64,000 nucleotides of DNA from a virus (IMGVR_UViG_3300048854_000065:2100-66099); one strand, 5' to 3'. Counted from the stretch's first letter, positions 16,368-24,735 are shown. The notes: generated by a model from the sequence alone, not told the origin. Numbers and translations are program-made.

Positions 16368-16588
16368 TGACGACAGAGATTCTGTGCGCATGTGGCAGGC
16401 CCCTGCACTACGAGAACGACACCATTCGCGAACAGATGGAGCAGCTTGTCGCTGAAAACGGCGAGCACATCAAAGTAACGCGCCAGAGCCGTACATGGCT
16501 GGTGCCTCGCCATTACATCGCGCTCCATGGCCTGAACGCCGAAGAGCTGCCGTTCCTTGGTTTTGAGGAGGTGGTGGATGCCGAGTGA
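16367..16588 (+). CDS. Hypothetical protein
   Basis: RBS AAGGAGG; LCACGRPLHY. Confidence 0.55.
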   Translation: MTTEILCACGRPLHYENDTIREQMEQLVAENGEHIKVTRQSRTWLVPRHYIALHGLNAEELPFLGFEEVVDAE

Positions 16589-16763
16589 AATCAAGCTCCA
16601 TTTCCATTGCCGAAAGTGCATTGAAGAAATGCCGAAGGGTACAAAACCGAAGGACTGGCAATCGGTTGAAGTTGGGCTCACCGATGAGGGTTTCATACAG
16701 GTCTGGTGCCGTCGCCACGACATGAACATCGTAACCACAGAAGACGAGGTGACGTTTCAATGA
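16578..16763 (+). CDS. Hypothetical zinc-binding protein
   Basis: FHCRKC...VWCRRH. Confidence 0.55.
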   Translation: MPSEIKLHFHCRKCIEEMPKGTKPKDWQSVEVGLTDEGFIQVWCRRHDMNIVTTEDEVTFQ

Positions 16764-17401
16764 GTACGACTGCGTTGCGCCACGACATCCCATCGCCTCC
16801 GCTCTTCATGGAGAAGCTGCCCATCGATGAGCGTGGCTATCCTGTCCCGTTCTTCGTGGAATGGATCGACGGCAAGCCAGAGTTCCGCATCATGGATGCG
16901 AAGAAGCTGGTGCGCTGCGTGAGAGAGCGTCTGTGCTGGATATGCGGTCAACGCCTGTTTCGCGAGATGATCTTTGTGGTTGGTCCGATGTGCGCGATCA
17001 ATCGCATCAGCTCAGAGCCTCCATCGCATCGCGAGTGCGCACGCTACGCCGCTCTAGCCTGCCCGTTCCTCACCAAGCCGAAGATGGTGAGACGCGAAGG
17101 CATTCCGGAGAAGGTCAACACAGAAGGAATGATTACTCGCAACCCCGGCGTGACGCTGCTATGGTTCTGCCGAACCTACAAAGCAGAGAAGGCTAATCCC
17201 GGCGTGATCTTCGACATGGGCACACCCTTTCAGACGGAGTGGTACGCCGAGGGGCGGCCAGCAACCAGAGCAGAGGTTACAGAGAGCATAGAGACCGGCT
17301 TGCCGTTCCTGCGTGCGTCGGCACAGGTAGGTACAGAACATGACGAAGAGGCCCTGCAGGGGCTCGTAAAGGCCGCCAAGCGGTATTTGCCGAGGCGATA
17401 G
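16760..17401 (+). CDS. Conserved phage hypothetical protein
   Basis: RGYPVPFF...PEFRIMD...LCWICG...FVVGPMC...EPPSHRECARYA. Confidence 0.65.
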   Translation: MSTTALRHDIPSPPLFMEKLPIDERGYPVPFFVEWIDGKPEFRIMDAKKLVRCVRERLCWICGQRLFREMIFVVGPMCAINRISSEPPSHRECARYAALACPFLTKPKMVRREGIPEKVNTEGMITRNPGVTLLWFCRTYKAEKANPGVIFDMGTPFQTEWYAEGRPATRAEVTESIETGLPFLRASAQVGTEHDEEALQGLVKAAKRYLPRR

Positions 17402-17403
17402 AC

Positions 17404-18495
17404 ATGGGCCAACAGAAACACATTCCAGCGCTGGACGGAATACGCGGTCTGGCGGTTCTTATGGTGGTCTTCTACCACACAGGCGGAGGCGCACAGTCGT
17501 CGCAGCCTCTCCTTCACGCGATTGGCGTGGTGAATAAGTACGGTTGGACAGGCGTGACCCTGTTTTTCGTGCTCTCCGGGTTCCTGATTACAGGAATCCT
17601 GTGGGACACCAGAGAAGACCCGCATCACCTGAAAAACTTCTATGCCCGGCGATCTCTGCGCATCTTTCCGCTCTACTACTTCGCCTTGCTGCTGGTGCTG
17701 ATCGGCTCGATCCCGGCCGGTACGTTCCATGAGTGCCTGCGCAAGATGTGGATTTACGTCCTTTATCTGCAAAACGTAGACGCCTTCGGCCTGCATCCAC
17801 ACGCATTGCCCTCGCCGTTGGTGACGGTTCACTTCTGGAGCTTGGCAGTGGAGGAGCAGTTCTATCTGCTTTGGCCAGCCCTACTGCTGAGAATGAAGAC
17901 GTTGGCGCAGGCGCAAAGGCTCTGCGCTTACGTCTTCATAGCGTCGGCACTCGGCTCTGTGGCTTATGGCTTCACGTCGAACCCGATGCCCCATAGTCCT
18001 GCACTGTGGGCGAATGCAGGGAGTTTGGCGTTCGGTGGATACATCGCCATTGCCATGCGGCGAGGCCTCTGGATCGATGCGAAGTTCTTCATGCCGATCT
18101 CGTTCGTGATCTTCATTTTGGGAAGCCTTGGCAGCGACCGCATCCGGACCATCTTCGACCTGACCGCCATCGCGATCTTTTGGGGATGCCTGATCGTGAT
18201 GAGTCTCGAAAAAGGCAGAGTGCAGAGAGTGTTTGAAGTGGCTTGGCTGCGCTGGATCGGAACCATCAGCTACGGGATGTACATCTACCACTGGCTGTTC
18301 AGAACCTACTTTGACTGGCTGGCAACGCGGATCGCTCCGCACGCAGGCTACTCGAAGCATCAGGCGATCCGCTTTGTCGTGACGTTCGTTCTGACCATTC
18401 TGCTGGCATGGGTCTCGTTCACTTTCTTCGAGAAGCCGATCTCGCGACTGAAAAGGAACTTTCAGCCGAAGAGGAGGGTTGAAGTTGGAGCGTGA
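17404..18495 (+). CDS. Acyltransferase-3 (OafA-like) integral membrane O-acyltransferase
   Basis: IPALDGIRGLA, LFFVLSGFLIT, FYARRSLRIFPLYY, HFWSLAVEEQFY, GTISYGMYIYH; about 10 TM segments. Confidence 0.93.
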   Translation: MGQQKHIPALDGIRGLAVLMVVFYHTGGGAQSSQPLLHAIGVVNKYGWTGVTLFFVLSGFLITGILWDTREDPHHLKNFYARRSLRIFPLYYFALLLVLIGSIPAGTFHECLRKMWIYVLYLQNVDAFGLHPHALPSPLVTVHFWSLAVEEQFYLLWPALLLRMKTLAQAQRLCAYVFIASALGSVAYGFTSNPMPHSPALWANAGSLAFGGYIAIAMRRGLWIDAKFFMPISFVIFILGSLGSDRIRTIFDLTAIAIFWGCLIVMSLEKGRVQRVFEVAWLRWIGTISYGMYIYHWLFRTYFDWLATRIAPHAGYSKHQAIRFVVTFVLTILLAWVSFTFFEKPISRLKRNFQPKRRVEVGA

Positions 18496-18778
18496 AATCT
18501 ACAACTACGAAGCCAGCTTCGCTGCAGCTATGAAGGCGAATGAGTACATTCAACAGGGCATGTTGCCGATGTGGACGATCTACGGTCATCCGCTGGATTT
18601 CCCTGCACATTTTGTGGTGCGACTCCATCTGGTAGATGGCTCTGGAGAGCCGAAGGTGTATCGCTTCGGCGTGGTGTGCGATTCGCTCGAAGAGGCTCGT
18701 CAACAGGTGCCGGTCTACTGCGCTGTGCTACCACGCGAAGCCGCCGACGATCCCAACATTGTTGAAACATGGATATAG
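18479..18778 (+). CDS. Hypothetical protein
   Basis: WTIYGHPLDFPAHFVVR...DDPNIVETWI. Confidence 0.55.
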   Translation: MKLEREIYNYEASFAAAMKANEYIQQGMLPMWTIYGHPLDFPAHFVVRLHLVDGSGEPKVYRFGVVCDSLEEARQQVPVYCAVLPREAADDPNIVETWI

Positions 18779-18788
18779 GAGGGAAGAA

Positions 18789-19127
18789 ATGGAAGAGAGA
18801 GAAGCGATTCGAAAATTGCTCCGGGAAGACAGCTACGGAGCGCAAGTGCTCAAGCGGGGCGTCCAGTCAGGCAAGATCAAATGCGTTGACGAGATGGAGT
18901 TAGAGCCGGGAGAGAAGGCGGTGATTCTGGTTGGTCCTGACGCGTCGATCAATGGCTCGAAACAGGTGCGTTGCTCCTGCAACAAGATCGCGTGGATTTC
19001 ACCTTCGACGCAGGCAATGATGAAGGAGAAGGGCGAAGACAACTTCATCTACCTGTGCACCTCCTGCCTACCGGAGTTCGTGGCCAACATGGAGAAAGAG
19101 CAGAAAGCGAAAGGGAGCCCTCAGTAA
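18789..19127 (+). CDS. Hypothetical zinc-binding protein
   Basis: RCSC...LCTSC. Confidence 0.5.
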   Translation: MEEREAIRKLLREDSYGAQVLKRGVQSGKIKCVDEMELEPGEKAVILVGPDASINGSKQVRCSCNKIAWISPSTQAMMKEKGEDNFIYLCTSCLPEFVANMEKEQKAKGSPQ

Positions 19128-19423
19128 TGCCTTCGATCATCATCAATGGAATTGTGTCGAATCGCGACAAGCAGCCGTACGTTCAAATCCTGACGGAACA
19201 GGGCATGATCGTTCAGCTTTCTATGAACGAAGCCAGAAGCGTTGCGATGGACATTCTACGCATGGCCTCGCGGACAGAAGCCGACGCGATGATTCTGAAG
19301 TTTTTCGACAAGGCAGAGTTCCCGAATGGTGCAGCCGCAGCGCTGATGCATGATTTCCGGGAGTTTCGTTCCGAACTGGATGCCGAAGAGATACAAAAGC
19401 GAGAGACCGATCCCGATGCGTAG
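19127..19423 (+). CDS. Hypothetical protein
   Basis: TAATG coupling; ORF track. Confidence 0.55.
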   Translation: MPSIIINGIVSNRDKQPYVQILTEQGMIVQLSMNEARSVAMDILRMASRTEADAMILKFFDKAEFPNGAAAALMHDFREFRSELDAEEIQKRETDPDA

Positions 19424-19673
19424 AGGCCCCTACAAGCGCGACCGCGATCTCACTAGACTCGGAGAGCGCTTTGAGCTGCAAGGCTTCTTCCCTCCTGCGA
19501 AGATGGCCGATATCGCCAAGGATCGTACTTGGGGAATGGTTCACGCTTGGATTTATACCGGGATGCAGTTCAAACACCTTCAAACGATGGCGAATTCCTG
19601 CTACATGCAGGGCATCAACGATGCCGCCGATTCCATGATCCGTGCAGGCTGGAAACCGCCTGAGAACGTGTAG
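19416..19673 (+). CDS. Hypothetical protein
   Basis: ORF track; overlaps previous stop. Confidence 0.5.
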   Translation: MRRGPYKRDRDLTRLGERFELQGFFPPAKMADIAKDRTWGMVHAWIYTGMQFKHLQTMANSCYMQGINDAADSMIRAGWKPPENV

Positions 19674-19681
19674 TATTCCTC

Positions 19682-19699
19682 TGTAGGCTCCAGCCGACA
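19682..19699. promoter_or_regulatory. 18-bp palindromic operator copy
   Basis: TGTAGGCTCCAGCCGACA, intergenic. Confidence 0.75.
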
Positions 19700-19709
19700 G
19701 AGGGTTTCC

Positions 19710-20315
19710 ATGAATCGACGCGAGTTTTTGGGTGGTTCCGGTGCAGTGATGGCTTCGCCTTTCCTGATCTCTACGGTTGGCTGCCCCGCAAAGAACTGGA
19801 TGGACAACGCCGAGGCCGATGCGCACACGGCAACCGCTATTCTTCTCTCCGTGTTGGGTGTGGTGGCCGTAGCTCAGGCGAATGGTCAGCTCAGTCCGTC
19901 GAATGCCGACAAGATTCGACGCGCAGCACAGATCGCACAGACCACTCTGAACGAGCTGGCACAGGCCATCAACGCTTACAAGACTTCGCCGAGTGATACT
20001 GGCCTCGCCAAGATCAGCGACACGCTGAGTCAGCTCGCAACGCAGTTGCCGACGATTCTGGATGGCCTGACGATCAGCGATACCAACACGCGAACCGCGA
20101 TCACAGCCGGTCTGACGCTGGCTATCTCGATTGTGGCAGCTCTGCAGGTGATCGTTCCTTCGGTGCAGGCTACAGGACTGCAGGCGCATACGCGCACAGC
20201 GGCCAAGCCAGCGCTCAAGAGCGGCGATGTGGAGTTGCCGACGCCTACAGCCGTCATCAGCATGTATAACTCCGTGCTGGCGCAGAACGGCTTTTCCGAT
20301 CAGCAGATCAAGTAG
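19710..20315 (+). CDS. Putative Tat-exported lipoprotein, Ala-rich helical
   Basis: MNRREFL twin-arginine motif, hydrophobic core, lipobox-like TVGC. Confidence 0.65.
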   Translation: MNRREFLGGSGAVMASPFLISTVGCPAKNWMDNAEADAHTATAILLSVLGVVAVAQANGQLSPSNADKIRRAAQIAQTTLNELAQAINAYKTSPSDTGLAKISDTLSQLATQLPTILDGLTISDTNTRTAITAGLTLAISIVAALQVIVPSVQATGLQAHTRTAAKPALKSGDVELPTPTAVISMYNSVLAQNGFSDQQIK

Positions 20316-20410
20316 CCTGCAGCCCACAAAATAAATCCGATTCCGTAGCGCAAGTGAGAGCGCAAGCGTGCTATATTTTCCTCTCGGTAGCAAGAGGAGA
20401 AAGAGCCCGT

Positions 20411-20818
20411 TTGAAGCCAGAAACCGTCAACCTGATCTATGCGGCGATTTCCTCTTTCATGGCTGGCGTTCTTTTCGCTACGCTTCTGTTCGCTCGTCGG
20501 ATCGAGGCGGTCAAAAATAATCAGGCTGCTTTGGATGCGAAGATTCAGGCCGTCAAAGGCCGCTTCAGTAAACCCGATGAATATGGCTTGGATGCCAGCA
20601 AGGATTACACGCGTGTAGACAACGAGTTTTGGGATGGGACCGATGGGGCTCACCCGGCGTGGTGGAGAGGCGAAGAGTACGGCTCCATGGCCACGGCGAA
20701 CGCACTCAAGAGGATTGCAGAACAGGGCAGAGATAGCGGTTGCTTCGGCGGCCGTGAAGTTGAAGAGGCAGCACAGGCAATTTTGAAGTTGAGAAACGAA
20801 AAGGAGGTTAGAAAGTAA
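20411..20818 (+). CDS. Hypothetical protein with N-terminal TM
   Basis: TTG after RBS GAGGAG; AAISSFMAGVLFATLLF. Confidence 0.55.
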   Translation: MKPETVNLIYAAISSFMAGVLFATLLFARRIEAVKNNQAALDAKIQAVKGRFSKPDEYGLDASKDYTRVDNEFWDGTDGAHPAWWRGEEYGSMATANALKRIAEQGRDSGCFGGREVEEAAQAILKLRNEKEVRK

Positions 20819-20823
20819 ATCCT

Positions 20824-21582
20824 ATGGCGAAGTTACATGAACTACTGGCAGTGGAATCCAATCTGAAAGGGCAGGCGGAAAAGTGCAGAACCGACCTACA
20901 AGCTACCTTTGCGAACAAGCGGCACCTGTTTCAGGAGAAGTTGGTGACGTATACCCCGGACGGCGAGAATCAGCAAGCAGAGACTCGCGAGCAGTCCAGC
21001 ATTCAGACTACGGTGCAGAAGGAGATCGACTGGCTGAACCGGATTCGAGTGCGCCATATTGATGCGGCGTTTGCCATCGACATGGCGAACACTCAGGCCA
21101 AGGCTGACATCGTTCTGGAGAACGGAGACATACTGGCGAAGGATGTACCGGCAACCGCTTTGCTCCAGCTCGAAAAGCGCATCAAGGAATCTCTGGAGTT
21201 CGTGAAGGTAATTCCCACGCTCGATCCGGCGAAGGGCTTTCAGCAGGACGATCAGCGCGAGGGAGGCGTGTACAAGGCGCGCGAGGTGCGTAAGGTGAGC
21301 ACGCAGAAGCGTGACAAATACATCACCATCACCCCGTCAACGCCACAGCACCCTGCGCAGATCGCGAAGGAGACGGCTGACGAGCGCGTTGGCGTGATTC
21401 TGGAACAGGAGTGGTCTTCGCTGATTACGCCGGTCCAGAAGGCAGATTATCTGGAGCGCGGCGAGGAGCTTCTTCGTGCGGTCAGCAAGGCGCGTTCGCG
21501 CGCCAACGGTGAGGAGATCGATCCCACCGTCAACAAGATTGGCGGGAAGCTGATGGATTACATCTTTCGGGCGACCGCCTAA
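20824..21582 (+). CDS. Conserved helical protein of the MAKL(H/N)xxxAVE family
   Basis: MAKLHELLAVE...LAKDVPATALLQLEK...PTLDP...TPQHPAQI...AVSKARSRAN; resembles proteins I recall beside Ro60/TROVE-Y RNA loci (unverified). Confidence 0.65.
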   Translation: MAKLHELLAVESNLKGQAEKCRTDLQATFANKRHLFQEKLVTYTPDGENQQAETREQSSIQTTVQKEIDWLNRIRVRHIDAAFAIDMANTQAKADIVLENGDILAKDVPATALLQLEKRIKESLEFVKVIPTLDPAKGFQQDDQREGGVYKAREVRKVSTQKRDKYITITPSTPQHPAQIAKETADERVGVILEQEWSSLITPVQKADYLERGEELLRAVSKARSRANGEEIDPTVNKIGGKLMDYIFRATA

Positions 21583-21584
21583 CA

Positions 21585-21690
21585 GTTTGGGTGGCCTCGA
21601 AAGAGGTTGTCCAAGGCTCAGACTAAGACTGAGGTTGATGGGTCACGCCGAAGGCTCTCAAGCCGGAGGCATTCAGGCTCTCACCCAAAC
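21585..21690 (+). ncRNA. Multibranch structured RNA candidate
   Basis: 9-bp closing stem GTTTGGGTG/CACCCAAAC; hairpins CCTC-GAAA-GAGG and CTCAG-N7-CTGAG; repeated AGGCTC. Confidence 0.55.
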
Positions 21691-21714
21691 AGGCTCAATC
21701 TGCGTCGTAGTAAA

Positions 21715-21845
21715 GCGAAGCTGCTGGAGTAAACCACAAACCGAAGTCGCCGGTTCGAATCCGGTCCCTGCCCCCAAAAAATTCATGGCAGGGTAACTCA
21801 GTGGTAGAGTGTCGGCGGTAAGGCTCAATAACTCTAGGTCAGCCT
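21715..21845 (+). ncRNA. Circularly permuted tRNA-like RNA (YrlA Y-RNA-like)
   Basis: T arm GCCGG-TTCGAAT-CCGGT, then acceptor-like hairpin CCCTGCC...GGCAGGG, then D arm ACTC-AGTGGTA-GAGT, closed by a long stem (CCGA/TCGG, CTGGAGT/ACTCTAG, GCTG/CAGC). Confidence 0.75.
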
Positions 21846-21869
21846 AGCGGAAGCAATTCAAGTACGCAG

Positions 21870-21943
21870 TCTTCGATAGCTCACTTGGTAGAGCATCTGA
21901 ACTTTGGATCAGAAGGTTGCCGGTTCGACTCCGGCTCGAAAAA
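21870..21943 (+). tRNA. Degenerate tRNA or tRNA-like gene (Gln-TTG-like, 8-nt anticodon loop, no encoded CCA)
   Basis: D arm GCTC-ACTTGGTA-GAGC, stem TCTGA/TCAGA with loop ACTTTGGA, T arm GCCGG-TTCGACT-CCGGC, acceptor TCTTCGA/TCGAAAA with a mismatch. Confidence 0.6.
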
Positions 21944-22006
21944 CTGAAGTCGGGAGGTCGGGGTACACAGGCACGTGGCTCCGGCCTTCCGCCATTAAGG
22001 AGGTTT

Positions 22007-22165
22007 GTGATTTTCAACTACAGGTTTGGAATTCGATCCGTACCGCCCTGCGGCGACTGTTGGGAAGATGGCCAGTGTTCGATGAACTGCGGACCCGTCG
22101 CAAAGCCGAGTGAAGTGAAACAACCCAGGAAAGAGGAGCGCAGTGAACCAAAGAGAGATCGATAA
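22007..22165 (+). CDS. Cys-rich microprotein
   Basis: RBS AAGGAGG + GTG; CGDC-x5-C-x3-C. Confidence 0.45.
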   Translation: MIFNYRFGIRSVPPCGDCWEDGQCSMNCGPVAKPSEVKQPRKEERSEPKRDR

Positions 22166-22436
22166 CGCGCGCGGGATGACGCAACAGGAGTATTTGGACT
22201 GGCTGCCCACGGTAACGAAGAGATTGAAGCGCAGGACGCGGTTCATTCTCTTTCTCACCTTCATACAGCTTGCGGCTGTCGGCGCGAACTACATGACCAT
22301 GCGACGAGGACAGAAATTCCGCGATCAAAGCATGGCTGCATCGTTAGAGCTGGCGAAGAAGGCTGACGAGGTTCAGCTAAAGACAGAGAAGATGAAAGAG
22401 GCGTGCCTGATGGCGCGCGGAATCAAAAGGAATTGA
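22143..22436 (+). CDS. Single-TM protein with coiled coil
   Basis: FILFLTFIQLAAVGANY. Confidence 0.55.
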   Translation: MNQREIDNARGMTQQEYLDWLPTVTKRLKRRTRFILFLTFIQLAAVGANYMTMRRGQKFRDQSMAASLELAKKADEVQLKTEKMKEACLMARGIKRN

Positions 22437-22439
22437 CAA

Positions 22440-22457
22440 TGTAGGCTTGAACCTACA
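22440..22457. promoter_or_regulatory. Perfect palindromic operator directly after a TTGACA -35 box, upstream of the XRE gene
   Basis: TTGACA (22433-22438) A TGTAGGCTTGAACCTACA. Confidence 0.8.
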
Positions 22458-22508
22458 GGATAGAGGGCATGGCGCAAGCAGTGACGCAAGCGAAGGAGCA
22501 AAGGGGAA

Positions 22509-22769
22509 GTGAATCGACCAAAAGCGCCGACTGCCATTCAGATTGCCCGACAGAAAGAGATTGCCGAGGATTGGAAGGAATTTCGTAAGGCTCACCTGCT
22601 TTCGCAGGATGAGTTTGCCAAGATTCTCGGTATCTCGCGTAGGACCGTCCAGTATGTAGAAAACGGAAACAAACACAAGCCGGAGTGGCTTTGCATGCCG
22701 CTGCCCAACACCATGGCGAAATACAATCGCCTGAAACGCACGTTTGCACAAGAGGCTGTAGCGCAGTAA
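22509..22769 (+). CDS. XRE/Cro-family HTH regulator
   Basis: KEFRKAHLLSQDEFAKILGISRRTVQYVENG. Confidence 0.88.
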   Translation: MNRPKAPTAIQIARQKEIAEDWKEFRKAHLLSQDEFAKILGISRRTVQYVENGNKHKPEWLCMPLPNTMAKYNRLKRTFAQEAVAQ

Positions 22770-22787
22770 GCACGCAAAGGAGAGCGG

Positions 22788-23459
22788 ATGCCGGAGAGGG
22801 TTTTGAACCTGCAGTTGAACGGTGGAGAAGTTATTGAAGCGGTGCTGGATGAGATTCGAACACAGCTTCACAAGAGCTGCTACTTGAATCCAAACAGCGC
22901 CTACGATTTCATGGCGGCCAAGGTGCGTATCGATCTGGAGCTGCACGATACAGGCATGGTCATCACCGAAACATTTACCGCCGAGTCCGACACAGGGGCA
23001 AAGCCTGTCGATCCTGATGCGACGGAGGTCCATGAGGTTGAGTTCGACATCGAACCGGCACCTCCTAACGAAGTGCGAGTGCAGACCGGCCAGCCTGTTC
23101 CGGTACAGACCAACGACAAGGATGGGAAGCCAGTGGTGAAGCACGTTCGCTACTCGCGGAAGGACGCGAAGAAGGCAGCAGCCGCAGCAATGATGCTGTT
23201 CTTCTGCCTCGGGATCGGAGTGGCGCAGCAGAAACCTGCGCCACAGGCCCACGTAGAGCAGTTGTCGGCATCGGAACAGATCGCGGTTCAGGCCACGGTG
23301 GAGTTTGCGAACAAGGTAGCCGCAGAGCAGAACGAGCTGGTACAGCGGATTCGCGCTCTTAGCGATGACATCGTGAAGCGTCATCCCGGCTATCGTCTGA
23401 ACACCAACAACGGCCAGCTCGAAAAGATTCCAGCCTCCGAGGAGAAGAAGAGCAAATAA
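22788..23459 (+). CDS. Hypothetical protein (acidic N-half, internal hydrophobic segment, coiled-coil C-half)
   Basis: ORF track; RBS AAAGGAG. Confidence 0.55.
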   Translation: MPERVLNLQLNGGEVIEAVLDEIRTQLHKSCYLNPNSAYDFMAAKVRIDLELHDTGMVITETFTAESDTGAKPVDPDATEVHEVEFDIEPAPPNEVRVQTGQPVPVQTNDKDGKPVVKHVRYSRKDAKKAAAAAMMLFFCLGIGVAQQKPAPQAHVEQLSASEQIAVQATVEFANKVAAEQNELVQRIRALSDDIVKRHPGYRLNTNNGQLEKIPASEEKKSK

Positions 23460-23764
23460 TGGCTGACAACTCTTACCAGAGCGATAGGCTGAACACGGCG
23501 TTTGAAAGCATTGCTGTCTCGTTGGGCAAGATCGCCGAGATATTTGAACGAAGGTTTCCAGCGCCACGTCTGGCGAGTGAGGTAGTAGATGCCACGGTTA
23601 CGCATCGTCAAACCGAAGAAGAGCGGATCAGAGAAGAGCAAGGCTTCAGTGAAGAAACCGATGCGGAATGGATCGGCCGGAGAGAGGCACGGTTCCACGA
23701 AGCTCAAGCCAGTAAAGCTCGAAAGCCGAAGGGTGGACGCTCTAAAGCGCCTCGGAGTCACTGA
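23459..23764 (+). CDS. Hypothetical protein
   Basis: TAATG coupling; overlaps next ORF by 176 nt. Confidence 0.5.
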   Translation: MADNSYQSDRLNTAFESIAVSLGKIAEIFERRFPAPRLASEVVDATVTHRQTEEERIREEQGFSEETDAEWIGRREARFHEAQASKARKPKGGRSKAPRSH

Positions 23765-24311
23765 AGAGCAGATTGGCGAAGTTCCCGACATCAGCTCTCT
23801 GTTGAAGCAATCGCAGGGAGGCCTGAAACAGGTTCTACAGGCGATGCGCTTCTCTGCAGACCTGATCGTCCGTGCCTTTCTGGAGAAGTACGATTCGATT
23901 CCGGAGCGAGATCGCGAGTGCCTGCCATGGGAGGCGATTGCCATCGCTGGCGATATCGATACGACGCGGCTTCTAGGTTCGGCGATCCTCTCTCTACAGG
24001 CCTACAGCGTCAACGCGGTGAAGATCATCGCCCTATCGAATCATCCGAGGATTACGGCGAGCCGCGTGAAGTATGCTCTGGAGCCCGGTGGCGATAAGGA
24101 TCGCACAGCGCTCGATACCGCACTCCAATTCCTCCCGACCAGCAAGGGCAGCACCTTCATCATCAACCCGATTGGACGGCGAGAGATCGAGAACGGAGAC
24201 GGTGGTCCTCCGGCGCTTCCACCACCCATCGAAGCTGACAACGATCTGGAGCATATGTTCCCAAGCCTGACCCGCACGCAGGACGCGTTGGCTCCGGATG
24301 GTGTTCTATGA
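23589..24311 (+). CDS. Candidate terminase small subunit
   Basis: Position upstream of TerL, basic N-terminus, helical body; no diagnostic motif. Confidence 0.4.
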   Translation: MPRLRIVKPKKSGSEKSKASVKKPMRNGSAGERHGSTKLKPVKLESRRVDALKRLGVTEEQIGEVPDISSLLKQSQGGLKQVLQAMRFSADLIVRAFLEKYDSIPERDRECLPWEAIAIAGDIDTTRLLGSAILSLQAYSVNAVKIIALSNHPRITASRVKYALEPGGDKDRTALDTALQFLPTSKGSTFIINPIGRREIENGDGGPPALPPPIEADNDLEHMFPSLTRTQDALAPDGVL

Positions 24312-24505
24312 GCTACGCCTTCTGCCTGAAGGAATGGGACGATGCGACTCAGCCGGAGATGAAGCGTCACGTATGTCATCAGCCTGCAGGACACTTCTTT
24401 CATTGCGTGTGCAAGTGTGGCGCTAAGAAGTTGATTCGCGATGTGCCTCTACGAAAGTGGCAGCCGAAGCCCGTACGTTCGCGACGAAACCGGAGTATGG
24501 TGTGA
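24308..24505 (+). CDS. Small Cys/His-rich protein
   Basis: HVCHQPAGHFFHCVCKC; ATGA coupling. Confidence 0.45.
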   Translation: MSYAFCLKEWDDATQPEMKRHVCHQPAGHFFHCVCKCGAKKLIRDVPLRKWQPKPVRSRRNRSMV

Positions 24506-24711
24506 GAGCAGGTAAAACAAAAGGAATCGACCAATCCAGATAATGTCAAGGCAGATGGCGAGACTTCGGTCTCGCCGATTTTTTGTGGTACGCTTTAGCT
24601 GTCATTGGCGAGAATGACGCTGACTTGCTCATGCAGGTCTCTCCTTTGTAGGGCGCGAAGGCTTCGGAGCAATCCGAGGCCTTTCGTGCTTAAGACTTGT
24701 TCCGGGATCAA

Positions 24712-24729
24712 TGTAGGCTGTAACCTACA
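24712..24729. promoter_or_regulatory. Perfect palindromic operator, 6 nt before the TerL start
   Basis: TGTAGGCTGTAACCTACA. Confidence 0.8.
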
Positions 24730-24735
24730 CGGCAC

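Noticed and set aside
21715-21845. Two-piece tmRNA interpretation of the permuted element
   Set aside because: It has a full D stem and a C3-G70 pair rather than the G3-U70 alanine determinant, and no tag ORF is evident.
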